DNA of 64,000 bases from a bacterium (GTDB lineage Bacteria; Patescibacteriota; Minisyncoccia; Phycocordibacterales; JABMNX01): positions 2,811 through 66,810 of the forward strand of contig NZBM01000015.1 in assembly GCA_002687905.1 (NCBI GenBank), written 5' to 3'. The translations under genes and the position numbers were made by a program. Of the stretch, positions 39,747 through 48,514 are shown piece after piece (the first letter of the stretch is position 1; every line of letters begins with the position of its first letter). Under the pieces are notes generated by a model that made no database searches, had not been told where the DNA came from, and saw only the letters and a program-made list of their open reading frames with translations.

Positions 39747-40697
39747 ATGAATGAAGAGGATTCTATAAAGGCTTACTTAGCTTCAAATTATTTGGTGCAA
39801 CCGGATAAGGTTTCCTACATCAATGAAGGGGTAACCAACACCAACTATTTAGTCGAAACCTCGGACGGTAAATACCTATTTAAAATTTACAATTTTAAGA
39901 GTGAGGATCAGGTGCAGTTTGAAGTTAATGTACTCGAAGAGCTTAGGAGGCACGATTTTCCGTCCCCAAAAGTTATAAGTAGAAAAGACAAATTAAATAT
40001 CGGAGTGTACAAGAAAAAGCCGAGCTTACTTTATGTCTATATTGACGGTGGTGTTAATAAAGACTGGGATGGATTCATGATAAAGAAGGTGGGAAAATAT
40101 ATGGGCAAGAAACACTCTTTACTTAAAGATTTTCCTGACCGCTCAAAGAGTCACACTTTCGATATAGATGAGACTAAAAAACTTGTTAGGGAAGGAAGGA
40201 GTCGTTTTGCTGAAGCAAGTTTTCCAGAGTATGAGAGCCTTCTGTCTTTTGTAGAGAAGAATCTAACCGGTCTTTCTTTGTCTAATGATCTACCTAAAGG
40301 AGTTACACATCACGATATTAAACACGAGAATGTGATTCTAAACGACAAAGAAATTGCTGGGATTATTGATTTTGATCTTTCTTATTATGGTGTTCTGATA
40401 AATGATATAGCGACCACAATCATATGGGAGTGCTTTGATGGCGACGAGATGAATATGGAGAAAGCGCAGTCATTCATTGATGGATATGAGGAAGAAAGGC
40501 CGTTGACTTCTGTCGAAAAAGATAATCTTTGTGAGACAATACATTTTCGGCTAGTCAGAGAGGTGTTCAGCAGCCCCTTTGATGTGCTTCCAAACTATAT
40601 TGAAATAACAAAGCCTCGTTCAGATGAATTTAGGAGGCGCGCAGAGAGATTTCAGGACGCAAAAGCCAACATAAGATTTTCTTTCAAAGGAGACTAA
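39747..40697 (+). CDS. APH/choline kinase/type II homoserine kinase family phosphotransferase
   Basis: GVTNTNY, HHDIKHENV, IIDFD. ATG 39747 lies 2 nt after the upstream stop. Confidence 0.85.
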   Translation: MNEEDSIKAYLASNYLVQPDKVSYINEGVTNTNYLVETSDGKYLFKIYNFKSEDQVQFEVNVLEELRRHDFPSPKVISRKDKLNIGVYKKKPSLLYVYIDGGVNKDWDGFMIKKVGKYMGKKHSLLKDFPDRSKSHTFDIDETKKLVREGRSRFAEASFPEYESLLSFVEKNLTGLSLSNDLPKGVTHHDIKHENVILNDKEIAGIIDFDLSYYGVLINDIATTIIWECFDGDEMNMEKAQSFIDGYEEERPLTSVEKDNLCETIHFRLVREVFSSPFDVLPNYIEITKPRSDEFRRRAERFQDAKANIRFSFKGD

Positions 40698-41656
40698 TGA
40701 AAAAATCCAGCTCAAACACATGCACAATATGTAGCTCATATAAAAACTCCCCTCTATATAGTGGAGAAGGAGTCGAGTTTGTCATGTGTGACAATTGCAC
40801 ACTGATTTCACTTTACCCAAGACCTACAGAGGAAGAGTATGAGAAATTCTATAAAGATGAGTATCAAAAGCATCGTCACGATATAAATACATATGAGCAG
40901 GCAGTAAGGATAAGAGAACAGAAGGGTCTTAAGGGAAAAAAATCGTACATTGAGGAATTGGGCGAATTCTTGAGAGAAGGTATTAGTGTATTTGATATAG
41001 GTTGTGGATGGGGCACTTTTCTAAAACTTCTTAAGGACTCAAAAGGCTTTAATGTAGAGGGGATTGAGCCTGGAGCTATGCAGGCAAGGGTTGCAAGAGA
41101 CTATTACGGACTTAAGGTTGCTAGAGAGACCTTGTCCGACTATGTAGAAAGAAATTCCGGCAATAGATTTGATTTAGTATCAATGATTCACGTGCTCGAA
41201 CATTTTGTGGATCCTGGTAAAGTGCTAGACGATGCAAAGAGCATCCTCAAATCAGACGGAGTGCTTTTTGTCGCAGTTCCAAACACCCCAAGACCAAATG
41301 AGCCGCTTGATCGTTTTTTCCATTTTGAGCATTGTTACTATTTCACACCTCTTACTCTAAACAAGCTCCTCAAAAAGCACGGACTCAAAATAATTTCACT
41401 GACCTCTACAAAAGACGAGTTGCGTGTATCTGCGGTCTTTAAGGAAGACTCAAGGCGGGAGATAGACACTTCGAACTTAAGTAAACTTTACAGCGAGAGA
41501 GAGGTGCGTTCCTCTTTAAATAAGCAAGTGCGGAAGTATAGGATACTCAGGTTTCTTAAAAGTGTTGCTCGAACTATTTTGCCCTGGAGATTGTTTCAGG
41601 TATTGAGAGGATGGATTATTAGCATTCTTAAGAGGCTTAGTGTAATTGATATTTAA
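40697..41656 (+). CDS. Class I SAM-dependent methyltransferase with an N-terminal CxxC...CxxC motif
   Basis: CTIC/CDNC, FDIGCGWG, HVLEH, VPN. Confidence 0.88.
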   Translation: MKKSSSNTCTICSSYKNSPLYSGEGVEFVMCDNCTLISLYPRPTEEEYEKFYKDEYQKHRHDINTYEQAVRIREQKGLKGKKSYIEELGEFLREGISVFDIGCGWGTFLKLLKDSKGFNVEGIEPGAMQARVARDYYGLKVARETLSDYVERNSGNRFDLVSMIHVLEHFVDPGKVLDDAKSILKSDGVLFVAVPNTPRPNEPLDRFFHFEHCYYFTPLTLNKLLKKHGLKIISLTSTKDELRVSAVFKEDSRREIDTSNLSKLYSEREVRSSLNKQVRKYRILRFLKSVARTILPWRLFQVLRGWIISILKRLSVIDI

Positions 41657-41668
41657 AGGACTATTTGT

Positions 41669-42790
41669 ATGAAAAACCCACACCATTTGACTGTATCGAT
41701 TCCTAACTCTACTAAGACATTGGGGGGCGATCGTGTATTTGTTATTGCTGAGATTGGAAAAAATTTCATACAGAGCAAAGAGGATAAATCGGTAGAAGAG
41801 TACCTTAAAAACGCAAAAGCTTTGGTTGATGCGGCAGTAAGCGCTGGTGTTGATGCGGTTAAGTTCCAGACTCATGAGGTGGAAGATGAGGTCTTGGAAA
41901 TAGATTTCACTTCTCCTCATTTTAATAGTTCTGATAGATATTCATGGGTTACAAGGAATATGAACGCAACCCCTCTTGATGATTTTTGGAGGCCAATCAA
42001 GAAGTATTGTGATGAGAAAAACGTAATGTTTTTCTCAACTCCAATGAGCAGATTAGCCGCAAAGAAACTTGAGAAGGTTGGAGATATAAATCTGTGGAAA
42101 GTTGGTTCTGGTGATGTACAGGATTACGTTTTGTTAGACCACATTATTGATTCGAAAAAACCAGTGATTATTTCTACAGGCATGGTAAGCCTTGATGAGC
42201 TTGATGAGATCGTTACTTACATTGACGGCCGTATTCCTCTTATAATTTTGTATTGCATAAGCCAATATCCGTGTCCCCCTGAGATGTTTAACCTCTCCAC
42301 TATCGAGTATTTGCGGGAAAAGTACCCCGATCTCATTATTGGCTTCTCTGACCACTCGGTTGATGGGTTTGAAGTTGATCTAGCTGCAATAAAAATGGGG
42401 GCTCGTGTGGTTGAAAAGCACTTTAGTTTCGACAGGAATCTGTGGGGCTCTGATCACAAAGCATCAATTTTACCTCTCGAGATGAAGGAAATGGTGGAAG
42501 CTATACGAAATGAAGATTTTAAGAAAGTAGATGTTTCTCCTTATTACGGCAGAAAGGAAAAAGAGTTTGAAGGAGTTAAAAATATACACAGACCCTACTT
42601 CAATAAGGCTCTGATGGCTGGGTGTGACATTGATAAAGGGACTGTTGTTACAGAGGATATGGTTTATGCCATGCGTCCAGTGGTGCTTGCTGGGGGACTT
42701 CCTGCAAATTGTCTTAAAAATATAGTTGGAAAAAAGACCCTAGTTTGCCTTAAAAAATATGACCCATTTACTGAGAAAGTAGCTTCCTAA
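41669..42790 (+). CDS. neuB: Nonulosonic acid synthase (NeuB family, SAF domain)
   Basis: IAEIG, DAVKFQ, KVGSGD, ISTGM, GFSDHS, VEKHF, DHKAS. Confidence 0.9.
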   Translation: MKNPHHLTVSIPNSTKTLGGDRVFVIAEIGKNFIQSKEDKSVEEYLKNAKALVDAAVSAGVDAVKFQTHEVEDEVLEIDFTSPHFNSSDRYSWVTRNMNATPLDDFWRPIKKYCDEKNVMFFSTPMSRLAAKKLEKVGDINLWKVGSGDVQDYVLLDHIIDSKKPVIISTGMVSLDELDEIVTYIDGRIPLIILYCISQYPCPPEMFNLSTIEYLREKYPDLIIGFSDHSVDGFEVDLAAIKMGARVVEKHFSFDRNLWGSDHKASILPLEMKEMVEAIRNEDFKKVDVSPYYGRKEKEFEGVKNIHRPYFNKALMAGCDIDKGTVVTEDMVYAMRPVVLAGGLPANCLKNIVGKKTLVCLKKYDPFTEKVAS

Positions 42791-42794
42791 TTAT

Positions 42795-43976
42795 ATGAAA
42801 AAATCAAAACCAAAAAAAAGACGTAGAGTTTGTTTTGTAATAACATCTGATATTCATTACACACGGAATAAACTAATTCTTTTTGAGCTTAAAAAAAGAA
42901 AAGACATAGAGCTTAAAATAGTTGTTGGTGGGTCTGCTCTTTCGTCTCGCCATAGCAGTATTGAAGGAGTTGAAGAGAAGCTTAAGAAAGATGGACTTGA
43001 TATAGATGAGAGAGTAACAATACTTGTTGAGGGAGGTAATCTTATAGCGTCTGCAAAAACAGCGGGCCTCGGCGTTCTTGAATTTGCCACTGTATTTGAA
43101 AAAATTGAGCCTGATGTAATTTTACTTAGAGGCGATAGGTATGAAGTGCTTTCCGCGGCCATAGCTGCTGTTCATTTAAATATCCCTATAGCTCACATTG
43201 AAGGAGGTGATGTGAGTGGTACTGTTGATGAAAGTATAAGACACGCCATTACAAAGCTTTCTCACATACATTTCACTACTAACGATGAGTCTAGCGAAAG
43301 GGTCAAAAGGATGGGGGAGAATCCTTCATATATATTTAATGTTGGTTCTCCAGATGTTGAGTATGTTAAAGAATCTGCAGAGAAGTTTTCAATATCAAAC
43401 AAAGAACTACTTAATTTTGGCGTTGGTGGGGATATTGATATTAAAAAACCTTATATTCTTGTCTTGTATCATCCTGTTTCAACTGAATATGGGAAAAACA
43501 AAGAGCAAACAGAAGCTCTTTCAGAGGCGATTAATAACCTAAAAGTGCAAACGCTTTGGTTTTGGCCAAATACAGACGCCGGTACAGACGAAGTTTCTGG
43601 AGTAATGCGAAGGTATCATGAGCAAGTAAAGCCAGAGCATGTTCGCTTTCTAAGATATGTTGCCGAAGATAAGTTTTATGCATTACTTAAAAATTGCGCC
43701 TGCCTTTTGGGGAATTCATCGTCCGGTATTAAGGAGAGTTCGTATTTAGGTGTGCCCGTTGTAAATGTTGGGTCAAGACAGAAAGGAAGAATGAGGGGTG
43801 GAAATGTTATTGATGTTGAGGTACATAAGAAAGAAAAGATATTAAGTGCAGTTAAGGGTCAGATTAAACAGGGGAAATATAAAGAAGATGAACTTTATTC
43901 AAAAAAATCTACTGCAAAGAATATAGCTAAAATACTTGCAACTTCGGAGCTTTATACTCAGAAATCTTTTCACTAA
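42795..43976 (+). CDS. neuC: UDP-GlcNAc 2-epimerase, hydrolysing (NeuC family)
   Basis: GDRYE, AHIEGGDVSGTVDESIRHAITKLSH, GNSSSG, VGSRQKGR. Confidence 0.9.
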   Translation: MKKSKPKKRRRVCFVITSDIHYTRNKLILFELKKRKDIELKIVVGGSALSSRHSSIEGVEEKLKKDGLDIDERVTILVEGGNLIASAKTAGLGVLEFATVFEKIEPDVILLRGDRYEVLSAAIAAVHLNIPIAHIEGGDVSGTVDESIRHAITKLSHIHFTTNDESSERVKRMGENPSYIFNVGSPDVEYVKESAEKFSISNKELLNFGVGGDIDIKKPYILVLYHPVSTEYGKNKEQTEALSEAINNLKVQTLWFWPNTDAGTDEVSGVMRRYHEQVKPEHVRFLRYVAEDKFYALLKNCACLLGNSSSGIKESSYLGVPVVNVGSRQKGRMRGGNVIDVEVHKKEKILSAVKGQIKQGKYKEDELYSKKSTAKNIAKILATSELYTQKSFH

Positions 43977-43981
43977 AAATT

Positions 43982-44704
43982 ATGAAAAACGTACTGTGTG
44001 TAATAACTGCTCGGGGAGGATCCAAAGGGATTCCTGGTAAAAACATCAAAGAACTAGGAGGAAAGCCTTTGATAGCTTATTCAATTGAGCAGGCAAAAGA
44101 AAATGACCTCATAACTAGAAGTATCGTATCAACTGACAGTGAAGAAATTGCAGAGGTGGCACGAAAATATGGCGGTGAGGTTCCGTTTATGCGCCCGAAG
44201 GAGTTGGCTAAAGACGACACACCTCATTTACCTGTAATGAAGCACGCCGTAGAAGAGATGGAGAAAATAGACGGCATTGTCTATGACTACGTACTTATCT
44301 TTCAGCCCACCTCTCCTTTTAGGAGAAGAGAGGATATAGACGGATCAATAAATAAACTTATTGAAACAGGTCTTGATAGTTTAATAACGGTTTGTGAAGT
44401 TGATACAAATAAGCATCCGGTTAAAATGCGGGTTTTTGATGGGGAAAAGCTCAAACCAATATGCGAGCATTTTGAAATTAAAGAAGGTACGAGAAGACAG
44501 GATTTTCCGCCGATATACAAGAGGAATAGCGCAATATTTGCTATGAAAAGAGATACCTATATGAAGAAAAATAGTTTAATGGGTGACTCAACCGCAGGAT
44601 ACGTTATGCCAATTGAGCTTTCTTGCGACATTGATGAACTTCCCGATTTTAAGCAGGCAGAGTTTATGCTCGAGGACCTTAGGGATAAGGGATACGACTT
44701 CTAA
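43982..44704 (+). CDS. neuA: CMP-nonulosonate synthetase (NeuA family)
   Basis: ARGGSKGIPGKN, VSTD, QPTSPFR, RRQD, DIDE. Confidence 0.92.
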   Translation: MKNVLCVITARGGSKGIPGKNIKELGGKPLIAYSIEQAKENDLITRSIVSTDSEEIAEVARKYGGEVPFMRPKELAKDDTPHLPVMKHAVEEMEKIDGIVYDYVLIFQPTSPFRRREDIDGSINKLIETGLDSLITVCEVDTNKHPVKMRVFDGEKLKPICEHFEIKEGTRRQDFPPIYKRNSAIFAMKRDTYMKKNSLMGDSTAGYVMPIELSCDIDELPDFKQAEFMLEDLRDKGYDF

Positions 44705-44705
44705 T

Positions 44706-45449
44706 ATGAATATTAATAAAGAGAGGCTGAAGGATGTATATTATGACGGCGTTCCAAACGCTAGACGGATTAATCCAATCTACCGATCTATTTTCGAATT
44801 TCTCTACATTGCCCATAAGGTAGCAAAGCCAGACTCAAAGGTTCTTAATATTTACGCTTCACAAGACTTTTCTGGAAAGCGCGAGGAAATCTACAGAACT
44901 CACTTTTTCAATCACGCAGATTATTACGGTGTTGATTTTTGGCATGACAAATTTATTCCTGAGGGAAAAATAGAAAAAGATGTAGAGGATCAAAAAAGAT
45001 ACGTTATGCCGTATGAGGACAACACGTTTGATGTGGTCTTAACAACAAAAGTAATAATGGAGCATGTGAGTGAGCCCAGAGAGGTTGTAAAAGAGCTCCA
45101 TAGAGTCTTAAAACCAGGAGGTGAGATTTTTATAGTAGCTCCTTTGGTCAGACGCCAGCACCAGATTCCACATGACTATTTTCGATTCACAGAATTTGGT
45201 ATTAGGTATTTACTTGAAAAAGAGGGATTTTCCATTATAGATATAGCTGCGAGCAATGGTTTTATGGCAACCGCGGTTTCCTATGCTTACTTTTTCGAGA
45301 GAGGCCTTAATATACCAAAACCAATAGAGAAGATTTTTGATTTTATCCATAAGTGGGTAGTGGAACCTATTGGTTATGGTCTAGACCGCCTTGATAACGG
45401 ATATGGAAGAGATTTTACAAGATATTTTTTGGTTAGGGCCAGAAAATAA
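44706..45449 (+). CDS. SAM-dependent methyltransferase (type 11-like)
   Basis: MPYEDNTFDVV, MEHV, RVLKPGG, HQIPHDYFRFT. ATG at 44706. Confidence 0.82.
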   Translation: MNINKERLKDVYYDGVPNARRINPIYRSIFEFLYIAHKVAKPDSKVLNIYASQDFSGKREEIYRTHFFNHADYYGVDFWHDKFIPEGKIEKDVEDQKRYVMPYEDNTFDVVLTTKVIMEHVSEPREVVKELHRVLKPGGEIFIVAPLVRRQHQIPHDYFRFTEFGIRYLLEKEGFSIIDIAASNGFMATAVSYAYFFERGLNIPKPIEKIFDFIHKWVVEPIGYGLDRLDNGYGRDFTRYFLVRARK

Positions 45450-45466
45450 TCTCTTTATGCAATTTT

Positions 45467-47269
45467 ATGATTTTTGTTAATAAACTATTTAGCAGGTATG
45501 TAGAAATATTTCAACTAGCCTGGAAGGGTTTTGACGCATACCGTTATCAGATACTTTTGCTTGCATCTCTTGGTTTTGTAGGAGGACTCTTGGAGAGTAT
45601 AGGTATTAATGCTGTTATTCCACTTCTTTCTTTTATTATTGGCACAGGTCCTACTGCGGATTTAGACTTTATATCTGAAGCGATACGCTCCGTATTTTTA
45701 TTTTTACATATACCATTTAAGTTTAGATACTTGTTGGTATTTATCATTCTCCTATTTATTTTAAAGGCGGTTGTTACTTTTGTAATTACATACATTACTG
45801 TAAAAATAACCGCAAACTATGAGAGTGAGGTTAGAAGCAAGTTATTTAGGGAGACTCTAAAAGCCAAATGGGGCTACCTTGTTTCTCAAAAATTAGGACA
45901 CCTTGAGACCATCTTGATGACAAACGTAAAATCAAGTTCAGAGATGCTTGAGCGCGTTAGTCAGATGCTCGTACTGTTTTCAGGACTTCTTGTTTATATG
46001 TTGGTTGCGATAAATATTTCTCCAAAAATAACTATATTTGCACTTCTGCTCGGCGGGGTTTTATTTTTTGTTCTTAAACCAGTATTGCGCGCGGCTCGCG
46101 GAACGGCACACGGTATTTTAAATGCAACAAAAGAAGTGGCGCACTATGTTAACGAAAATGTTGTTGGTATTAAAACGGTGAAGACTACGAGCTCTGAAAA
46201 CCCTGTCTCAGAAATTGGAACTAATCTATTTGAGACACTTCGAGTGCTACGAATAAGGTCTACTCTTCTAAGAAGTATTAATAATGTTTTAGTACAACCT
46301 ATCAGCCTCATTTTCATTAGCGTTATATTTGCATTTTCATTTAAGACCGAAGGTTTTGTATTCAGCGCATTTATTGCAATTGTTTACCTTATTCAGAGAA
46401 TATTTACACATTTCCAGACGCTACAGACCAACTTACACAGAATGAACGAATCTGCCCCCTACCTTAGGAATGTAGTTGAGTATGAAGAAGAGCTCCGCAA
46501 AAACATTGAACCTCGGGTAGGTAAAAGTGGAGGATTTGAGTTTAGGAATACTCTTTCGTTTAGCAATGTTAATTTCTCATATGAAAATAATGGACCAGTT
46601 TTAAAAGACATAAGTTTCAAAATAGAGAAGGGAGATATGATTGGAATCATTGGTCCTTCTGGAAGCGGGAAAACAACCGTAGTAGATCTTGTGTTAAGAA
46701 TGTTTGTGCCCGATAGAGGGGAAATAGAAGTAGATAATAAAAATATTGAAGAAATTGATGTTGATGAATGGAGAAGAAATATTGGCTATGTATCACAAGA
46801 TATGTTTCTAATAAATGACACGATAGAGAACAATATAAAATTCTATGACGACTCTATTTCTAATGAAGATATAAGAGAGGCGGCAAAAAAAGCACACATA
46901 TTAGATTTTATTGAAGGAACCGAGAACAAGTTTCAAACTAATATAGGCGAGAGAGGGGTAAGGTTATCCTTTGGCCAGAGACAACGTATTGTTCTTGCAA
47001 GAGTACTGGCTCGCAAGCCAGAATTGCTAGTTCTAGACGAGGCAACAAGTGCGCTTGATAATGAATCGGAGGAGCAGATTCAAAAAGCAATTGAGGGTCT
47101 TCGTGGGAATATAACGACACTCATTGTCGCCCATAGACTCTCAACAATAGAAAATGCAACAAAATTAATTGTTCTTAAGGACGGGGAAATATTGGAAGAG
47201 GGTGATCCCAAAAAACTTATTAAAGATGAAGGTTCTTATTTTTACAAAGTTCACAATATTCGAAAATAA
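45467..47269 (+). CDS. ABC exporter, fused TMD-NBD (PglK/MsbA-like putative glycan flippase)
   Basis: N-terminal TMs, GPSGSGKT, LSFGQRQR, LDEATSALD, AHRLST. Confidence 0.9.
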   Translation: MIFVNKLFSRYVEIFQLAWKGFDAYRYQILLLASLGFVGGLLESIGINAVIPLLSFIIGTGPTADLDFISEAIRSVFLFLHIPFKFRYLLVFIILLFILKAVVTFVITYITVKITANYESEVRSKLFRETLKAKWGYLVSQKLGHLETILMTNVKSSSEMLERVSQMLVLFSGLLVYMLVAINISPKITIFALLLGGVLFFVLKPVLRAARGTAHGILNATKEVAHYVNENVVGIKTVKTTSSENPVSEIGTNLFETLRVLRIRSTLLRSINNVLVQPISLIFISVIFAFSFKTEGFVFSAFIAIVYLIQRIFTHFQTLQTNLHRMNESAPYLRNVVEYEEELRKNIEPRVGKSGGFEFRNTLSFSNVNFSYENNGPVLKDISFKIEKGDMIGIIGPSGSGKTTVVDLVLRMFVPDRGEIEVDNKNIEEIDVDEWRRNIGYVSQDMFLINDTIENNIKFYDDSISNEDIREAAKKAHILDFIEGTENKFQTNIGERGVRLSFGQRQRIVLARVLARKPELLVLDEATSALDNESEEQIQKAIEGLRGNITTLIVAHRLSTIENATKLIVLKDGEILEEGDPKKLIKDEGSYFYKVHNIRK

Positions 47270-47284
47270 AATAAACACATAGAC

Positions 47285-47313
47285 TTGACATGGTGCGTAA
47301 GAAGTGGTACTTT
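47285..47313 (+). promoter_or_regulatory. Internal sigma70 promoter of cassette E
   Basis: TTGACA-17 nt-TACTTT with an extended -10 TG. Confidence 0.65.
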
Positions 47314-47353
47314 TCTTACAGAATTTTTGCAATCTGAAGAGGGAGTTTGAACG

Positions 47354-48409
47354 GTGAAAAAGACTATTATGATGGTCGCGGGCGACCCTGGGCCTTCAGG
47401 ACTTTTTGAAGTATTGGCAGATGAATTGACTAGACTGGGTCATGTGGTCAATCTTCTTGTTCGCAAAGATCTACCCGACGTAGTTTCTGGTAAGCATATC
47501 GACTCTATAAAAACATCCAATGCCCTTTTAGTTGGGATGTCCTCAACCAGTGAGGTAGCGGCAAGCGAGATCGCGTGTGCTGAACTGGCAATCAGTTATG
47601 GAGTGCCGGTGGGTCTTTTACCCGATACATTTGGAGTGATCAGCCGACAGGGTTTTGAGGAAGTTGGGAGAAAGGCTAGTTTTGCCTGTGTTCTCAACGA
47701 AGACGAAAAATACCACGATAGGTCGGTAGTTAAGCCTGAAATTTCTTACGTTACAGGGGATCCGAGATGGGACATCTATTTTGCGCCTCCTCGGCTTACT
47801 AGAGAAGAAGTTTTTGGCCGACTGGGAGTGGGTCTTGATCGTGAACTTGTTCTTTTCGCAGGATCAAAATTCTCAATAATGACTGCGGGACCATTAATGA
47901 TCGGACTTACTGCGATCCATGGTCTTGACCCGTCAGCAGCGCGTATACATGCGGTTCTGGGGCTACACCCAGCAGATGAATGCACCGCAGGTGAATATGA
48001 ACCCCAGGTCACAAACCTATTCAGGAATTCGCCGGTCAGTTTTTCTATCTTACCTGATGAATTAAAGACCGACGAGATGCTTCCACATGCCGTGCTTGTA
48101 ATTGGCACGTCGTCGTCTACGACCATTCACACAGCGTGTAGGCGTAAACCCGGCTTATGGCCGGGTGGCAATCCTTGGGAAATGGAGCTTTATGCAAGTA
48201 TCCGCACCTTTGCTTGGCCCCCTTGTGATCAAGGAGCTTTTCTACGTCGGAAAGGTCTCACCCCCGAGCTTCTTGGGGAACTACTTGATCCCGATTCCAA
48301 AGTCCGTAAAGATATGCTTTTGGCGCAAGAGAAGATGTTCCCGAAGCCGGAAGGAAGCGAAACTGCAGTCTCTGAAATGACGAGGGTCATCCTGGCGCAC
48401 GCCAAGTGA
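47354..48409 (+). CDS. Divergent GT-B-fold-like protein, SD-led cassette E
   Basis: AGDPG at the N-terminus, VTGDPRWD, LHP, VIGTSSST. AGGGAG lies 8 nt before the GTG. Confidence 0.6.
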   Translation: MKKTIMMVAGDPGPSGLFEVLADELTRLGHVVNLLVRKDLPDVVSGKHIDSIKTSNALLVGMSSTSEVAASEIACAELAISYGVPVGLLPDTFGVISRQGFEEVGRKASFACVLNEDEKYHDRSVVKPEISYVTGDPRWDIYFAPPRLTREEVFGRLGVGLDRELVLFAGSKFSIMTAGPLMIGLTAIHGLDPSAARIHAVLGLHPADECTAGEYEPQVTNLFRNSPVSFSILPDELKTDEMLPHAVLVIGTSSSTTIHTACRRKPGLWPGGNPWEMELYASIRTFAWPPCDQGAFLRRKGLTPELLGELLDPDSKVRKDMLLAQEKMFPKPEGSETAVSEMTRVILAHAK

Positions 48410-48430
48410 AGTTCAGGTTTCGGAAGGCCC

Positions 48431-48459
48431 AAACGGCGAGGACTACGTCCTCGCCGTTT
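48431..48459. terminator. Perfect hairpin after cassette E
   Basis: AAACGGCGAGGAC-TAC-GTCCTCGCCGTTT. Confidence 0.75.
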
Positions 48460-48514
48460 CCTTATGAAATATAGTTAGTTATAGGGTTATAATATACGTT
48501 CAGTATTTAAATAT

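Noticed and set aside
24251-40697. Aminoglycoside antibiotic biosynthesis cluster (DOIS + DegT + dehydrogenase + GT4 + APH)
   Set aside because: The parts list is suggestive, but the cytidylyltransferases, CDP-alcohol phosphotransferase and surface-glycan context favour envelope decoration. The aminotransferase is over 10 kb away among nucleotide-sugar genes.
39747-40697. thrB for threonine biosynthesis
   Set aside because: The fold is compatible, but there is no thrA or thrC and the gene is coupled to the cyclase fusion. Left as a generic kinase.
10189-48459. Cassette hairpins as integron attC sites
   Set aside because: They are short perfect stems without RYYYAAC/GTTRRRY ends or extrahelical bases, share no sequence with each other, and no intI is present.
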